Shown here: piece after piece, positions 47,150 through 58,179 of the stretch
How the letters are laid out: each line of letters opens with the position of its first letter
Numbering within the stretch: position 1 is the stretch's first letter
Assembly (NCBI RefSeq): GCF_030144855.1
Contig: NC_082712.1
Span: 12,152,001 to 12,216,000 of the forward strand
From: Hypanus sabinus
Taxonomy: Eukaryota
DNA length: 64,000 bases
Reading direction: 5' to 3'
Program-made: the position numbers and the translations under genes
The notes under the pieces: generated by a model
Told to the model about the DNA's origin: nothing
The model's input: only the letters and a program-made list of their open reading frames with translations
Databases searched by the model: none

Positions 47150-48240
47150 AACCCGTCATTGCTACAGTCCTGATAGATAAGTTACAGAACCTGGGCCTCA
47201 GTACTTCCCTCTTCAACTGGATCCTCGAATTCCTAACCGGAATGTCACAATCTGTGCAGATTGCTAATAACATCTCCATCTCACTGACAATCAACTGGTG
47301 CGCCTCAAGGATGTGTGCTTCGCCACTGCTCAAGTCTCTCTACACCCATGTCTGTGTGGCTCAATCACCATCTATAAATTTGCTGACAATACAATCATTG
47401 TTGGTAGAATCTCGGGTAGTGATGAGAGGGCGTACAGGAGTGAGATATGCCGATTAGTGGAGTGGTGTCGCAGCAACGAACTTGCACTCAACGTCAGTAA
47501 GACCAAAGAGCTGACCGTGGACTTCAGAAGGGTAAGACGAGGGAACACAAACCAATCCTCATCAAGGGATCAGAAGTGGAGAGAGTGAGCAGTTTCAAAT
47601 TCCAGTGTGTTTCAAAACATCGGAGGACCGAACCTGGTCCCAACATGTCGATGTGATTACAAAGAAGGTACGACAGCGGTTATATTTCACCAGGAGTTTG
47701 AGGAGATTTGGTATGTCATGTAATAGTCTCTACAGATGTACGGTGGGGAGCATTCTGACTGGCTGCATCGCCGCCTGGGATGGGGGGTGGGGGGCTACAG
47801 CATAAGATGGAAGGAATCTGCAGAGAGTTGTAAAGTAACTGGGCGCCATCATGGGCTCGAGCCTCCGTAGTTTCCAACACATCTTCGAGGAGTGGTGCCT
47901 CAGAAAGGCAGCATCCATCATTAAGGACCCCCATCACCCAGGACATGCCCTGTTCTCGTTGCTACCACCAGGCAGGAGGTACAGGAGCCTGAAGACACAC
48001 ATTCAGTGATTCAGGAACAGCTTCTTCCCTCTGCCATCCGATTTCTGAATGAACAATGAACCCTGAATACTACCTCATTACTTTTTTATTTCTGTTTTGG
48101 TGCTATTATTTAACTACTTTATACACATATATACACTTACTGTGATTCAGTTTTTCTCTGTTATTAGGAATTGCATCGTACTGCCGCCACAAAGTCAACA
48201 AGTTTCACAACATATGTCGGTGATATTAAGCTTGATTCTG
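47150..48240 (+). mobile_element. L2/Rex-like LINE RT and 3' end
   Basis: LQNLGLSTSL, QGCVL-like, IYKFADxTIIVG..AYRSEI, LNVSKTKEL..DF motifs. Confidence 0.8.
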
Positions 48241-48665
48241 ATTCTGAAGGCCGTCGAACAGCCAATGTGCAAAGGGGAAAGATCGTGAAAACAATAAAAA
48301 TAAGCAAATAGCATTGAGAACTGAAGAACGTACAGACAGCGGCGAGAATTGAACCTGGGTCACAGGGAATGTAAAGCATCACGCTAACCACCACACTACA
48401 GCTTCGCTCCAAATTCATCACCACCCAGGCTTGGAATTGTGCCCGGCCTTTAACTGGGATCAAACTTGGACGTCTCTTCCCAATAGTACTGGGGTTCATC
48501 GTCACCAGAAGGCAGTCCAGCCTAGCACTCAGGGAAGGACAGGGTCCGAACGCCAACCCTCCACGGGCAGAACCAACGTCCAAATAGATCGCGCTGCGCC
48601 ACAAAGTAAAACGAGCCTTTAGGAGAGAGACAACGGGGAGACAGGGGACAATGGAAAACACCTAC

Positions 48666-48726
48666 TGTATCCCCGGACTGAGACGGACAACAGGACGGTG
48701 CAGAGACAAACCCGGAGAGAGAGCAT
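48666..48726 (-). CDS. Signal-peptide (leader) exon of the Siglec-15-like gene
   Basis: ATG at 48726: MLSLRVCLCTVLLSVSVRGY plus 1 nt, donor A|gtaggt (phase 1); basic residue, hydrophobic core, then V-R-G cleavage-like end; lies in unique, non-repeat sequence. Confidence 0.8.
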
Positions 48727-48789
48727 TTCCAGCGCTTCAGTGTGGAGTCCTCTCACACTTCAGTTCTTTCTTCATTCTCTCGCTGAAAT

Positions 48790-48900
48790 ACAGAAGCTGC
48801 TCGATTTGCTGCTTCACTTCCTCAAAAAAATTCTCAGCCACTGTCGAAGTTAGTAGCTGGCAGGAAGTCATTTCAAACACAGTGCACTTTCTCATGACGG
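48790..48900 (-). promoter_or_regulatory. Putative TATA-less myeloid-type promoter with ETS/PU.1 motifs
   Basis: GAGGAAGTGAAG at 48812-48823 (minus strand) and CAGGAAGT at 48861-48868, about 90-140 bp upstream of the leader ATG. Confidence 0.45.
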
Positions 48901-48947
48901 TAGTTACAAACTCTTCGCATTTACTGGAAGCAAATTTTATGCGAGTA

Positions 48948-49017
48948 CGATGCTGTGGGAAAGTCTTAGGCACTTACATATATATAGCTTGGTGCCAAAG
49001 ACTTTTGCACAGTCCTG
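48948..49017. mobile_element. Tc1/mariner-type MITE (short hairpin)
   Basis: Imperfect inverted repeats ..AAGTCTTAGGCAC / GTGCCAAAGACTT.. around an AT core, preceded by TA; second copy at 49864-49928. Confidence 0.7.
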
Positions 49018-49039
49018 CAGTAATTTGCAAACACCAGAT

Positions 49040-49200
49040 TCTGCAAGTCCAGAGCAACACACACAAAATGCTGGAGGCACTCAGCAGGTCGGGCAGGAGG
49101 GGAGTGAACAGTCGATGTTTCAGGCTGAGACCCTTTCATTTCGATCCTGAAGAAGGGACTCGGCTCGAAACGTTGACTCTGGGCTCTTGTCACTAGATGC
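49040..49200. mobile_element. Head-to-head Penelope-like termini with hammerhead-like cores
   Basis: CTGAAGA-AGGGACTCGGCTC-GAAAC-GTT at 49147-49174 (+) and a degenerate inverted copy at ~49110-49144. Confidence 0.55.
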
Positions 49201-49863
49201 TGCTTGATCTGCCGACATTAGGGTTAAGATGAGGGTTGAAGTGTCCAATACCAGAGGGCATTGAAGGTGAAAGGGGGGTAGGCTCAAGGGGGCCGTGAGG
49301 GGTAAGTTTTTTACTCAGAGGGTGATGGGTGCCTGGAATGCCCTCCCTGGTAGGGTGGTGAAGGCAAATACATTGGAGGCTTTTAAGAGACGTTTGGGTA
49401 GGTGCATGGGTGTGAGGAAGGTGGAGAGATGGTGGTGGGGGGGGGGGGGTTGATTTACTTTTTAGTTGGTTCAGTGAACATTATGGGCCGAATGGCCTGT
49501 TCCTTCACTGTACTCTTCAATGTTCTCTGTTCTGTGGCATTTGTGAGTGATGATAAACCTGATGCTGATAGGGGACTCGATTGTGGACTGATAGTGGGAA
49601 AGGGGACAGGGAGGGGGCAATCATGGCTGGGAAAAGGGGAAGGGAGCGGGAAACACCAGAGAGACATCGTGTAGTGATCGGTAAAACAGTTGTTTGGAAT
49701 CAGATGATCTTGGCGTCTCAGGTCTGGGGGTGTCTGCACCCACAACATCCCCTGCCCCAGCACTCCTTCTCTGCCCCCGTCCCACACTTCATCCTCACCA
49801 TTCCCAACAGCTTTTGCTTCCACCAGATTTACAAACTCTCTCTCCGCTCCACGTTGACAAATA

Positions 49864-49928
49864 CAGAACTGCAGAAGTCTTTGGCACCCCAGCTATATAT
49901 AGGTGTCTAAGACTTTTGCACGGAACTG
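49864..49928. mobile_element. Tc1/mariner-type MITE
   Basis: TA on both sides; TIR AAGTCTTTGGCACC / GGTGTCTAAGACTT. Confidence 0.75.
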
Positions 49929-51219
49929 TAGAATTTCCAGAGAATTCTGCAGGAGGCTGGATAGAAAGTCATAGAACAGGATAGCACGGGAAAAGACATT
50001 TTGGTCCACAAACTACTTAAACTCGTAATTGAATGCTTAACTAAACTAACTGCTTCTGCTACACCAAGTCTATATCCCAAACCACAATTCATGCATCAGT
50101 CCAAGAGTCTCTTAAACGCCTCTACAGAATCTGTCTCCCCCCCGCCCCCCCAACCCCGGCAGTGCGTTCTGCACACCCACCACTCTCTCTGTAAAGATAC
50201 ATTTGTCCCCACACCCCCTTTGAACTTACCCCCTCCCAGCTGAATCACACACCCTCTGGTATCAGACATTCTTCAGCCAGACAGTCGTGATTCTGTGAAA
50301 TTCATTGCCACAGACGACTGTGGGAAGCCAAGTCACTGCGTATATTTGAAACGGAGTCTGATAGTTTCTTCATTAGGAAGTGTATCAAAGGTTACAGAGA
50401 GAGGGCAGGAACATGGGGTTGAGGGGGAAACTAAATCAGACATAATGGAATGGGGGAACAGACTCAATGGACCGAATGACCTAATTCTGCTCCTATATCT
50501 TCTGACCTTACAGTCCAATTCCTAGAGTGAACAGGGATAAGATACATGGATCTGGCAATTGAAATTAGTGGGTGAGGTCAATGGGAAAGAAACCATAAAG
50601 CAAAGGACTGGAGGGGGAGAACTGACCAGGAGGAAGAGGTCCTGCAGATAACTGGACACAGGCGGAGTTAGTGTCCAGGGTTTCACCGAAGGCAGTGTGA
50701 CCATCATCACGGGGGCACAGGAGACTGCAGATGCTGGAAACAAAATGCACCGCAGGAACCCCGGATTCAACATTCAACATTCAAATTGTTTCATATCATT
50801 TCCAGTAGACAAGTGTAAAGGAGAATGAAATAACTGTCACACTGGGTTCAAAGCAACACGAAAAAACACTGAGATAAAGAACACAATAATACAAAAAATA
50901 CACAAAATAAGTATAAACGCATAAGATAGTTTCTATACACAGATCGGTTGTGTGTCCATAAAGTGACACGAGGCATAGGAGTGTGTGTACATAAGGAGAT
51001 GTCAGGAAATAATGAAGAGGTGGTGGTGGGGGTGTGGAGAGGGGAGGGGTTGATCAGACTTGCTGCTTGGGGAAAGTAACTGTTTTAGAGTCTGGTTTTC
51101 CCAGTGTGGTGCTGATGGGAGTGGGACAAACAGTCCATGAGCGAGGGGTGGGTGGGTGTGAGATCATTCATGGTGTTACCTGGTCTTTATTGGCACATTT
51201 CTGTGTATATATGAGTTTG

Positions 51220-52010
51220 ATGCTGGGTAGGCTGCTGCCAGCAATGCGTAAGGCAGTTTTGACTACCCGTTGTAAAGGGTTACTGTTGTTATAGCTGAGA
51301 GTGGTAATACGGACAAGCTCCCACTACCTATTAAATGCTCCCAATGGCGTCTGCCTCAAATGGCCTCTGACAACGAACTCCAGCTCCTGCCCTTCACGTG
51401 TGGCTCAGCTACTAAACCCAGAGGAACCGTTTCTAATGACAGGTGAAGGGGCATATGTGGGTTACAGACACTTTAAAACCAGTTGCTTTGGGCAGATGGG
51501 GCTTGTCAGCCGTGGTTGGCAGCTCATCTAGGAGAGGGAAAACTCTGATCTCAAATCTCCACCCTGTGGTGAACTATGTGCCTGTCTGGACACGCCCCCT
51601 GCTGACTGCTCCTGTGGCTCCTCCCACAGGCCCCTGTATAAAGGCGATCTGCAGCCTGACACTCGGCCTCAGTCTCCAGGACATGGTATGATGGACACTC
51701 ACTCCTGGTTCCTTCTTCCAGTCAATAAAAGCCGATATCTCGCCTTTCATCTCAGTGTGAGTTATTGATGGTGCATCACACCCTTTGTGACTGTACTCAC
51801 TCATGAGGAAGGCTTCGGGAGTAAACCCCCAAGATGAAATTCTGGAGCTGGAGTCCATCAGGCAGATCTACATTAAGTTCAACACTGACTGGCAACTCCT
51901 CGATGCAACTGGTGCCAAACTGTACCAGTCTCTGCCATTCCTTTGGGTTCATCAGATGCTTGGAGAGGGGGAACAACACCCCTGTTAAATATACATAATG
52001 ACTCAGCCTC
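51220..52010 (+). mobile_element. Dispersed repeat, probably RTE-derived 5' fragment, interrupted by a solo LTR; related copy in the opposite orientation at ~53130-53580
   Basis: Shared GGAAGGCTTCGGGAGTAAACCC..GGTGCCA motif in both copies. The family assignment is from memory. Confidence 0.5.
51565..51778 (+). mobile_element. Solo LTR of the short-LTR Gypsy family
   Basis: TGTGGTG..TGCATCA; TSD CACCC at 51560-51564 and 51779-51783. Confidence 0.92.
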
Positions 52011-52019
52011 CATAGCTGC

Positions 52020-52860
52020 CTACGGCAACAAACTCTACAGATTCACCACTCTCTGGCTAAAGAATTTCCTCCTCATCTCTGTTCTAAAAGGATGCCCCTC
52101 TATTCTGAGGCTGTGTCCTCTGGTCTTAGACTCTCCACCATAGGAAACATCCTCTCCACATCTACTCTACCGAGGCCTTTCACCATTCGATAGGTTTCAA
52201 TGAGGTCACTCCTCATTCTAATGAAATCTGGTGAATACAGGCCCAGAGACATTAAACACTCTGAATGTGACAAGCCATTTAATCCTGGAATCATTTTCAT
52301 GAACCTCCTTTGAACCCTCTCCAGTTTCAGCACATCCTTTCTTAGATCAGGGGCCCAAAACTGCTTCCGATATTCAGAGGAACAAACAGAAGATTCTGTG
52401 GATGTGAACAGGACACCCAGATGCTATGTTGCCTCCCAGATGCCAGAGTCAGGGGCATCACGGATTGCGTCCACAGCTTTATGTAGAGGGAGGGAGAGCA
52501 GCCAGACATTTTGATACATATTGGTACCAATGACATCGGAAAGAAAAGCAAAGAGAAAATTTAGACAGCTCGGTAGAAAGCTGAGAAGCGGGACCTCCAG
52601 GGTAGTAATCTCTGGATTGCTGCCTGTGCCACGCGGCAGTGATGGTAGAAACAGGATGATTTGGTAGATCAATGTGTGGCTGAGAAGCTGGGGCAGGGGG
52701 CAGGGCTTTGGTTTTGGGTTATTGGGATCTCTTCTGGGGGAGGTATGACACTTCAAAAGTGACGGGTTTCACCTGAACTCAAGGGAAATCAATATTCTCA
52801 CGGGCATGTTTGTTAGAGCTGTAGGGGAGAGTTTAAACTAATTTGGCAGGGGGATAGGAA
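52020..52860. mobile_element. CR1 3' fragment (minus) abutting a CR1 ORF1 esterase fragment (plus)
   Basis: LERVQRRFMKMIPG; CCLPDARV, IHIGTND, VVISGLLPVP. Confidence 0.8.
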
Positions 52861-52894
52861 CTGGAGTTCAGGGACTCAGGATAGGATGGATGGT

Positions 52895-53089
52895 TGATGC
52901 AACATCAATAACTCTCGGAGACGGGAGGCAAAAGATAGGCTTTTATTAGCTGAAAACATGACCACGACATCTCGGAGACTGAGGGAGGAGCAGTGCCTCC
53001 AATATCCTTTATACAAGGGTCTGTGGGAGGAGCCACAGGAGCAGTCAGCAGAGGGGCGTGTCCAGACAGGTATAACATAGTTTACCACA
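52895..53089 (-). mobile_element. Solo LTR of the short-LTR Gypsy family
   Basis: Reverse complement of the 193-bp LTR; TSD ATGGT at 52890-52894 and 53090-53094. Confidence 0.92.
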
Positions 53090-53599
53090 ATGGTAAAAAA
53101 GCAAAGATTGCATGCAGTCAGACTGTCAGGAAGGGCAGGCAGCCATCAGGGTGAGTGTCAGTGCATTAGGGGTGCAGAATCAAAAAGGGTAGCAAATACA
53201 ATAGGCAGCCGTCAATCCCAGGGGATGATGGGTTTGTGCCTCTGGTGGACTGTGTCTTCTCCGGGGTGTAAGCCTGGGTGGGAAGATTTGAAGAATCAGC
53301 TGTTTCCCATGCAGCGGGTTCCCCATCTCCACGTCACTGATGGAGTCCAAGGGAAGGGCAAACACCGATACAGCCTGGCACCAGTGTCATCCCTGGGGTT
53401 GCCAGAGTGAAGTTGTAAACAACATCAAACTGCTTTAAGGACCCTGGCTACGGATTTCTTCCTCAGGGTTTACTCCCGAAGCCTTTCCCATAGATGGGTA
53501 CGGCCACAAGTAATGAAGGCCTAAAATCAGAGTTTTCCTTGTCCTCGGCAGGCTGCCGTCCAAGGCTGATGAGCCCCACCTGTCTGAAAAGCAAATACA

Positions 53600-56500
53600 G
53601 TACTCAAAGTGTTATATCACAATGTACTGAGAATAAGAAATGAGGTGGATGATCTTGTTGCACAATTACAGATTGTCAGGTATGATGTTGTGTCCATCAC
53701 TGAATCATGACTGAATGATGATTGCAGTTGGAAGCTGAATGTCCAAAGTTACATGTTGTGTCAGAGGGATATGAAGGTAGGCAGAGGGGGTGGTGTGACT
53801 CTACTGGTAAAGAATGGCATCAAATCAGTAGAAAGATTAGGGAACTGGAGCTGGAGCTGAATGAACTTCGGATCATTTGGGAGGCAGAGGCAGAAGTAAA
53901 CAGGAGTTACAGGGAGATCGTCACTCCTCCGAGTCAGGAGACAGGAAGCTGGGTAACTGTCAGGAGAGGGAAGGTTAGACAGAATGAGTAGAGCACCCCT
54001 GTGGCTGTTCCCCTCAATAATAAGTGTACCATTTTGGATACAAATGGTGGAGATGACCGACCAGGGACAAGTTGCAGTGGTTGCATCTCTGGCACCGAGA
54101 CTGGACCCTCAGCTCAGAAGGCAAGGAGAGAAAAGAGGAGAGCTGCAGTGATAGGGGATATGATAATTAGGGGGACAGATAAGAGGTTCTGTGGGAGAGA
54201 TTGAGAATCCTGGATGGTCTGTTGCCTCCCGAGTGCCATGGTCCGCGATATCTCGGAATGAGTTCTCAGTATTCTCAAGAGGGAGGGTGAGCAGCTGGAT
54301 GTTGTGGTCCATGTAGGGACCAATGATGTGGATAGGAAGAGTGAGGAAGTCCTGAAAGGTGACTTTAGGGTGTGACTGGGTCCTGAATTGACCCTATGAA
54401 CTATGCTCTTAAAAAGAAAGAGATAGAGAGAGGTGTCCAACACAGAGACCTTGTTATTAAGAGAGAGAGAAGTGAAGAGTGCTCGGAAGATTGATGTTAT
54501 GGTTTCTCGGCAGTTTGTTTTCATTTCCACAAGGACAGTGGCTGCTTGTACGTTCTGACAGAGAGAGAAGGGCAGAGCAGTTTGATGGACAGCTGGTGTT
54601 CAGCATGCTGAAATAAATACCAGGTCAGCTGCTGGTGTCGGACACACACGGTTTTGGACACTGGATGAGCTTGTTGTGCCTACAGGAAGGTGGGTTTCTG
54701 GAGGGTCAATTCGGGGAAATTGATCAGTGACTCTCGCAGTGCAGAAAAGCTGTGATAAAAATATAATATAATATAAATATAATATAAAATATATAATCAT
54801 TGTTAACCCGTTTGATATATCTGCATTTATATCTCTGTATTGTGTAGTTACTAATAAATAGCATTGGTTTGTAGCAGTACCAGACTCCACAGTGTTTCCT
54901 ATTTCTGCTGGTTCTTTAACCCATCACGGGCTACGTGACAAGGGAGTTAGGCACCAAGTTAAAGGACAGGACCTCCAGGATAGCAATCTCAGGATTCCTA
55001 CCAGTGCCACGTGCAGGCGGGTTTAGAAATAGTAAGATAGCACAGATCAACACGTGGCTGAAGACATGGTGCAAGAGGGAGGGCTTCAGATTTATAGATA
55101 TTGGGAAGTCTTCCAGAGAAGGTGGAAACTGATCCAGCAGGATGGTTTACATCTGAACTGGAGGGTAACAAATATTCTTGCAGGTAGGTTTGTTAGAGAG
55201 GCTCCAGTGGATTAAAACTAGATATGAGGCGGGAGGGGAACCAAAGTGTAGGAACAGATGTATGGGAGAGCAAGAAAAAGGAGACAGTAAAGTTCATTGT
55301 ACTTTAAGAGATAAACAGAGAGGAGGAGGTGGACAATTTCTTAAATGTATTTATTTTAATGCTAGGAGCATTGTAAGAAAGTTGGATGAGCTTAGAGCAT
55401 GGATTGATACCTGGAAATATGATGTTGTACATATTAGTGAAACATGGTTGCAGTAGGAGTGTGATTGGCAACTAAATATTCCTGAATTTCATGCTTCAGG
55501 TGTGATAGAATCGGAGGGACAAGAGGGGGAGGTGTTGCATTGCATGTCAGAGAAAATATTACAGCAGTGCTCTGGCAGGATGGATTAGAGGGCTCATCTC
55601 AGGAGACTATTTAGGTGGAATTGAGGAATGGGAAAGGTGTAGTAACACTCATAGGGGTGTATTATAGACCACCTAATGGGGAGCAAGAATTGGAGGAGCA
55701 AATTTGTATGGAGATAGCAGATATTTATAGTAAGCATGAGGTTGTGATTGTGGGAGCTTTTGATTTTCCACACATAGACTGGGAAGCCCATTCTGTAAAA
55801 GGGCTGGATGGTTTGGAGTTTGTAAAATGTGTGCAGGACAGTTTAGTCCTAGCAGTACCAACTAGAGAAGGGGCAGTGTTGGATCTCCTGTTCGGGAATG
55901 AGATAGGTCAGGTGATGGAGGTATGTGTAGGGGAGCACTTCAGGTCCAGTGATCAAAATGCCATTAGTTTCAATATAATTATGGAGAAGGTTAGGACTGG
56001 ACCCAGGGTTGAGATTTTTGATTGGAGAAAGGCTAACTTTGAGGAGATGCAAAAGGATTTAGAAAGAGTGGATTGGGACAATTTTTATGGGAAGGATGTA
56101 ATAGAGAAATGGAGGTTATTTAAGGTGAAATTCTGAGGGTACAGAATCTTTATGTTCTTGTTAGGTTAAAAGTTTGAGAGAGCCATGGTTTTTAAGGGAT
56201 ATTGAAAACTTTGGAAAAAGAGAGATATCTACAATAAATATAGGCAGCATGGAGTAAATGAGGTGCTTGAGGAATATAAAGAATGTAAAAAGAATCTGAA
56301 GAAACAAATCAGAACAGCTAAAAGAAGGTACGAGGTTGCTTTGACAATAAGGTGAAAATAAATCCAAAAAGTTTCTACACTTATATTAATAGCAAAAGGA
56401 TAGTGAGGGATAAAATTGGTCCCTTAGAGAATCAGTGGACAGCTAGTGTGCGAAATTGAACAATTTCTTTTCATCGGTATTCACTAAGGAGAAGGATATT

Positions 56501-58170
56501 GAATTGTGTAAGGTAAGGGAAACAAGTAGGGGAGTTATGGAAACAATGATGATTAAAGAGGAGGAAGTACTGGTGTTTTTAAGGAATATAAAATTGGATA
56601 AATCTCCAGGTCCTGACAGGATGTTTCCCTAGGACCTTCAGGGAGGTTCGTGTAGAAATTGCAGTGGCTCTGACAGAAATATTTCACATGTCTTTAGAAA
56701 TGGGTTTGGCGCTGGAGGAATGGTGTATTGCTCATGTTGTTCCATTGTTTCAAAAGGATTCTAAGAGTAAACCTAGCAATTATAGGCCTGTAAGTTTGAT
56801 GTCAGTGGTGGGTAAATTAATGGAAAATATTCTTAGAGATGGTATATATAATTTTCTGGATAGACAGGGTCTGATTAGGAACAGTCAACATGGATTTGTG
56901 CGTGGAAGGTCATGTTTGACAAATCTTATTGAATTTTTTGAAGAGGTTACTAAGAAAGTTGACGAGGGTAAAGCAGTGGATGTTGTCTATATGGACTTCA
57001 GTAAGGCCTTTGACAAGATTCCACACGGAAAGTTAGTTAGGAAGGTTCAATCAGTCGGTATTAATATTGAAGTAGTAAAGTGGATTCAACAGTGGCTGGA
57101 TGGGAGATGCCAGAGAGTAGTGGTGGATAACTGTTTGTCAGGTTGGAGGCCGGTGACTAGTGGTGTGCCTCAGCGATCTGTACAGGGTCCAATGTTGTTT
57201 GTCATCTACATTAATGATCTGGATGATGGGGTGGTAAATTGGATTAGTAAGTATGCAGATGATACTAAGATAGGTGGTGTTGTGGATAATGAAGTAGGTT
57301 TTCAAAGCTTGCAGATAGATTTAGGCTAATTAGAAGAGAAGGCTGAAAGATGGCAGATGGTGTTTAATGCTGATAAGTGTGAGGTTCTACATTTTTGTAG
57401 GACAGGTCAAAATAGGACATACATGGTAAATGGTAGGGCATTGAAGAATGCAGTAGAATAGAGTGATCCAGGAATAATGGTGCATAGTTCCCTGAAGGTG
57501 GAATCTCATGTGGATAGGGTGGTGAAGAAAGCTTTTGATATGCTGGCCTTTATAAATCAGAGCATTGAGTATAGGAGTTGGGATGTAATGTTAAAATTGT
57601 ACAAGGCATTGGTAAGGCCAAATTTGGAGTACTGTGTACAGTTCTGGTCACCAAATTATAGGAAAGATGTCAACAAAATAGAGAAAGTACAAAGAAGATT
57701 TACTAGAATGTTGCCTGGGTTTCAGCACCTAAGATACAGAGAAAGGTTGAACAAGTTAGGTCTTTATTCTTTGGAGCATAGAAGATTGAGGGGGGTCTTG
57801 ACAGAGGTATTTAAAATTATGAGAGGGATAGATAGAGTTGACGTGGATAGGCTTTTTCCATTGAGAGTAGGGGAGACTCAAACAAGAGGACATGAGCTGA
57901 GAGTTAGTGGGCAAACGTTTAGGGGTAACACGAGGAGGAACTTCTTTATTCATTGAGTGGTAGCTGTGTGAGCTTCCAGTAGAAGAGGTAGAGGCAGGTT
58001 CAATATTGTCATTTAAAGTACAATGGGACAGGTATATGGACAGGAAAGGAATGGAGGGTTATGGGCTGAGTGCAGGTCAATGGGACAAGGTGAGAGTAAC
58101 ATTCAGCAAGGACTAGACAGGCTGAGATGGCCTGTTTCTATGCTGTAATTGTTATATGGTTATATGGTTG
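53600..58170 (+). mobile_element. Near full-length degraded CR1 (ORF1 esterase, APE, RT, 3' UTR) with a solo LTR in ORF1
   Basis: IRELELELNEL, VIGD, VHVGTND; YFNARS, YRPP, NYRPVSL, SKYADDTK, YKALVRPNLEYC. Confidence 0.9.
54371..54940 (+). mobile_element. Solo LTR (570 bp)
   Basis: TGTGA..TGACA; 4-bp TSD AGGG at 54367-54370 and 54941-54944; the CR1 ORF1 frame rejoins across it (DFR|ELGTK). Confidence 0.9.
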
Positions 58171-58179
58171 TAAGATGTG

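Noticed and set aside
48737-48973. 78-aa helical-looking ORF (..FEEVKQQIEQLLYF..) as a separate gene
   Set aside because: Its start lies inside a MITE, I recognise no domain, and it overlaps the putative promoter/5' UTR of the leader exon.
53560-53595. Hammerhead core CTGATGA..GAAA in the RTE-like repeat
   Set aside because: The intervening sequence cannot form helix II.
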